From Gaiellaceae bacterium (GTDB taxonomy: Bacteria > Actinomycetota > Thermoleophilia > Gaiellales > Gaiellaceae), in NCBI GenBank assembly GCA_035709545.1, contig DASTEM010000254.1, positions 1 through 39,539 on the forward strand: a stretch of 39,539 nucleotides of DNA. The letters run 5' to 3'. The notes under the pieces are model-generated. The model was not told the DNA's origin. It searched no databases and saw only the letters and a program-made list of their open reading frames with translations. How positions within the stretch are numbered: the first letter of the stretch is position 1; the number at the start of each line of letters is the position of its first letter. Below, in pieces: positions 38,207 through 39,539 of the stretch. A program made the position numbers and the translations under genes.

Positions 38207-39067
38207 GTGGCTGTCCCCGAGGTGCGGACGATCGGCGTCGTCGGGCTCGGCGCAATGGGCGCCGGTATCGCTCAGTTGGCAGTCGAGGCGGGGTACAAGA
38301 CGATCGGCCGCGAGGTGACCGACGACCTGGGAGCGCATGCGGCCGAGCGCATCGCGCACTTTCTCCAGCGCAAGGTCGACAAGGAGCGGATGAGCGTGGA
38401 TCAGCGTGAGGCTGCGCTCGCGCGACTCTCGCTCACGTGCGCGCTCGACGATCTCGCCGAGTGCGACCTCGTGATCGAGGCGATCGTCGAGGATCTCGAT
38501 GCGAAACTTGGTCTGTTCGCAGAGCTCGAGAGCATCGTCCGGCCCGACACGATCCTTGCGACCAACACGTCCGCGCTGTCCGTCACCGAGATCGCGGCGG
38601 CGGTCGAGACACCGGCCAGGGTCGTCGGAATGCATTTCTTCAACCCTGCGCCGCTGATGCCGCTCGTCGAGATCGTGCGAGCCGAGCTCTCGTCGGACGA
38701 TGCCGTCGAGGCTGCACATGCCGTCGGCGAGCGGATGGGCAAACGTCCCGTGCGCTGTCACGACACCCCTGGTTTTGTCGTGAATCGCGTCCTCATTCCC
38801 CTCCTGAACGACTGCATCCGCGTCCTCGACGAGGCGCATGTGTCACCGGAGGACCTCGACGCGGCCATGACTTCCGGCGCCGGTTGGCCGATGGGCCCAT
38901 GCACGCTCGTCGATCTCGTCGGCGTTGACGTCCACGTGCATGCTTCCGAGGCGCTCTACGCGAAGCTCCGCGAGCCGCGCATGGCGCCTCCACCGCGCAT
39001 CGTCGCGATGAAGAACGCGGGTCTCCTCGGCCGCAAGAGCGGCCGCGGGTTCTACAGCTACGAGTAG
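38207..39067 (+). CDS. 3-hydroxybutyryl-CoA / 3-hydroxyacyl-CoA dehydrogenase (NAD-binding)
   Basis: Rossmann motif is IGVVGLGAMGAGIAQ. Further motifs are ATNTSALS, HFFNPAPLMPLVEIV and GFVVNRVLIP. 286 aa. Confidence 0.9.
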   Translation: MAVPEVRTIGVVGLGAMGAGIAQLAVEAGYKTIGREVTDDLGAHAAERIAHFLQRKVDKERMSVDQREAALARLSLTCALDDLAECDLVIEAIVEDLDAKLGLFAELESIVRPDTILATNTSALSVTEIAAAVETPARVVGMHFFNPAPLMPLVEIVRAELSSDDAVEAAHAVGERMGKRPVRCHDTPGFVVNRVLIPLLNDCIRVLDEAHVSPEDLDAAMTSGAGWPMGPCTLVDLVGVDVHVHASEALYAKLREPRMAPPPRIVAMKNAGLLGRKSGRGFYSYE

Positions 39068-39083
39068 TCGCGCGGGTAGCGGG

Positions 39084-39266
39084 TCACTTTGAGAAGAGGT
39101 CGAGCACGCCGACGAGCATCAAGACCCCGGCTAGACCAAACATCACACCTATTCCCGCCACCATCCACTCCATCTTCCGGTTGTATCCGGCCCCTGCATC
39201 CGCCTGCCCCGTCGACAGCATGATCGATCGCAGTTGCCCGATGAATCCCCGCCGATACAAGGTCAT
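39084..39266 (-). CDS. small membrane protein (60 aa)
   Basis: ATG 39266 has GGAGG 7 nt upstream. The C-terminal hydrophobic helix is WMVAGIGVMFGLAGVLMLVGVL. The ORF-track GTG 39290 would add 8 aa. Confidence 0.45.
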   Translation of the reverse strand: MTLYRRGFIGQLRSIMLSTGQADAGAGYNRKMEWMVAGIGVMFGLAGVLMLVGVLDLFSK

Positions 39267-39383
39267 CGCGACGCCTCCAGCCAAGAACACTTCACGCGGC
39301 GATCGTATCCTCGCACGCTAACAGTCTCCTTACACGCATCTCATCGCCGACACACGCCGGATGCCGATACTGGCTTTGGAGCA

Positions 39384-39539
39384 GTGCGGACGCTTGCCCT
39401 CATCTCATCTGCCAGCGCGGTGGTCTTCGTCGCGCTAGCCGGTTTCGCCGACGCAGCCGAGCCGAGCGTAGGCGTGCTGTCCGTCGAGCGCGGTAAAGGT
39501 GTAGTGATGATCGACATCCGCGGGAACGTGCTCGGTCGG
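39384..39539 (+). CDS. 5' end of a secreted protein gene running out of the window
   Basis: GTG 39384 gives VRTLALISSASAVVFVALAGFADA/AEPS..., a signal-peptide-like N-terminus with an AxA site. The frame stays open to the window edge. Confidence 0.35.
   Translation, partial: MRTLALISSASAVVFVALAGFADAAEPSVGVLSVERGKGVVMIDIRGNVLGR

Noticed and set aside
1-39539. Looked for tRNA/rRNA genes, CRISPR repeat-spacer arrays, IS terminal inverted repeats, transposase/integrase/recombinase genes, and LexA-type (TCGAAC-N4-GTTCGA) or RecA-NDp-type (TGTCRGTG-N8-TANNNT) boxes
   Set aside because: None was found by eye on either strand. The closest GTCGGTG strings (for example revcomp around 34465 and 22338) lack the flanking TT and a correctly spaced -10. 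The absence is based on manual scanning only and should be confirmed with tRNAscan, Infernal, ISfinder and motif scans.

Overview
GC-rich chromosomal segment with strong third-codon-position GC bias. Gene content and start-site architecture fit a deep-branching Actinomycetota-like bacterium, though a Deinococcus-Thermus-like one cannot be excluded from sequence alone. I call about 46 protein-coding genes. I saw no rRNA, tRNA, CRISPR array, transposase, integrase or prophage signature, so this looks like core chromosome rather than a mobile island. Recognisable content, left to right: recJ and a bifunctional rel; an envelope-stress block (cupin and SRPBCC genes, HtrA-like protease, a divergent OmpR-type response regulator with its histidine kinase, and an exported protein with two LTXXQ motifs); a phosphomannomutase / thioesterase / GAF operon; a large nucleotide cyclase-STAND ATPase-TPR protein; a System I cytochrome c maturation cluster (ccmE, ccmF, a CcmI-like stub) followed by an M23 peptidase; hpt; a metallophosphoesterase / cyclic-2,3-diphosphoglycerate synthetase-like / 2-phosphoglycerate kinase-like operon; a DUF59 protein; a quinone oxidoreductase; queG coupled to a sensor-less histidine kinase; a secreted three-gene operon containing an NlpC/P60 hydrolase; a fused double HTH-WYL (PafBC-like) regulator preceded by a small Cys/His-motif protein; a zinc-ribbon / SPOR pair; and an aldehyde dehydrogenase / thiolase / 3-hydroxyacyl-CoA dehydrogenase cluster. 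Most worth a second look: (1) the putative bacterial cDPG operon, a pathway characterised in hyperthermophilic methanogens, translationally coupled to a phosphoesterase; (2) a CcmE carrying CXXXY in place of the canonical HXXXY haem-binding motif; (3) a Cpx/Zra-like stress module with phased direct repeats in its promoter; (4) the fused PafBC-like regulator with a palindrome abutting its start codon; (5) a very consistent leaderless promoter geometry, with a TANNNT hexamer 5-7 nt upstream of ATG/GTG at 18 gene starts (19 counting an alternative start for the TIM-barrel gene); (6) an array of three palindrome-containing repeats of about 19 nt in a convergent intergenic region. All functional calls rest on motif recognition by eye. 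No database search was run.
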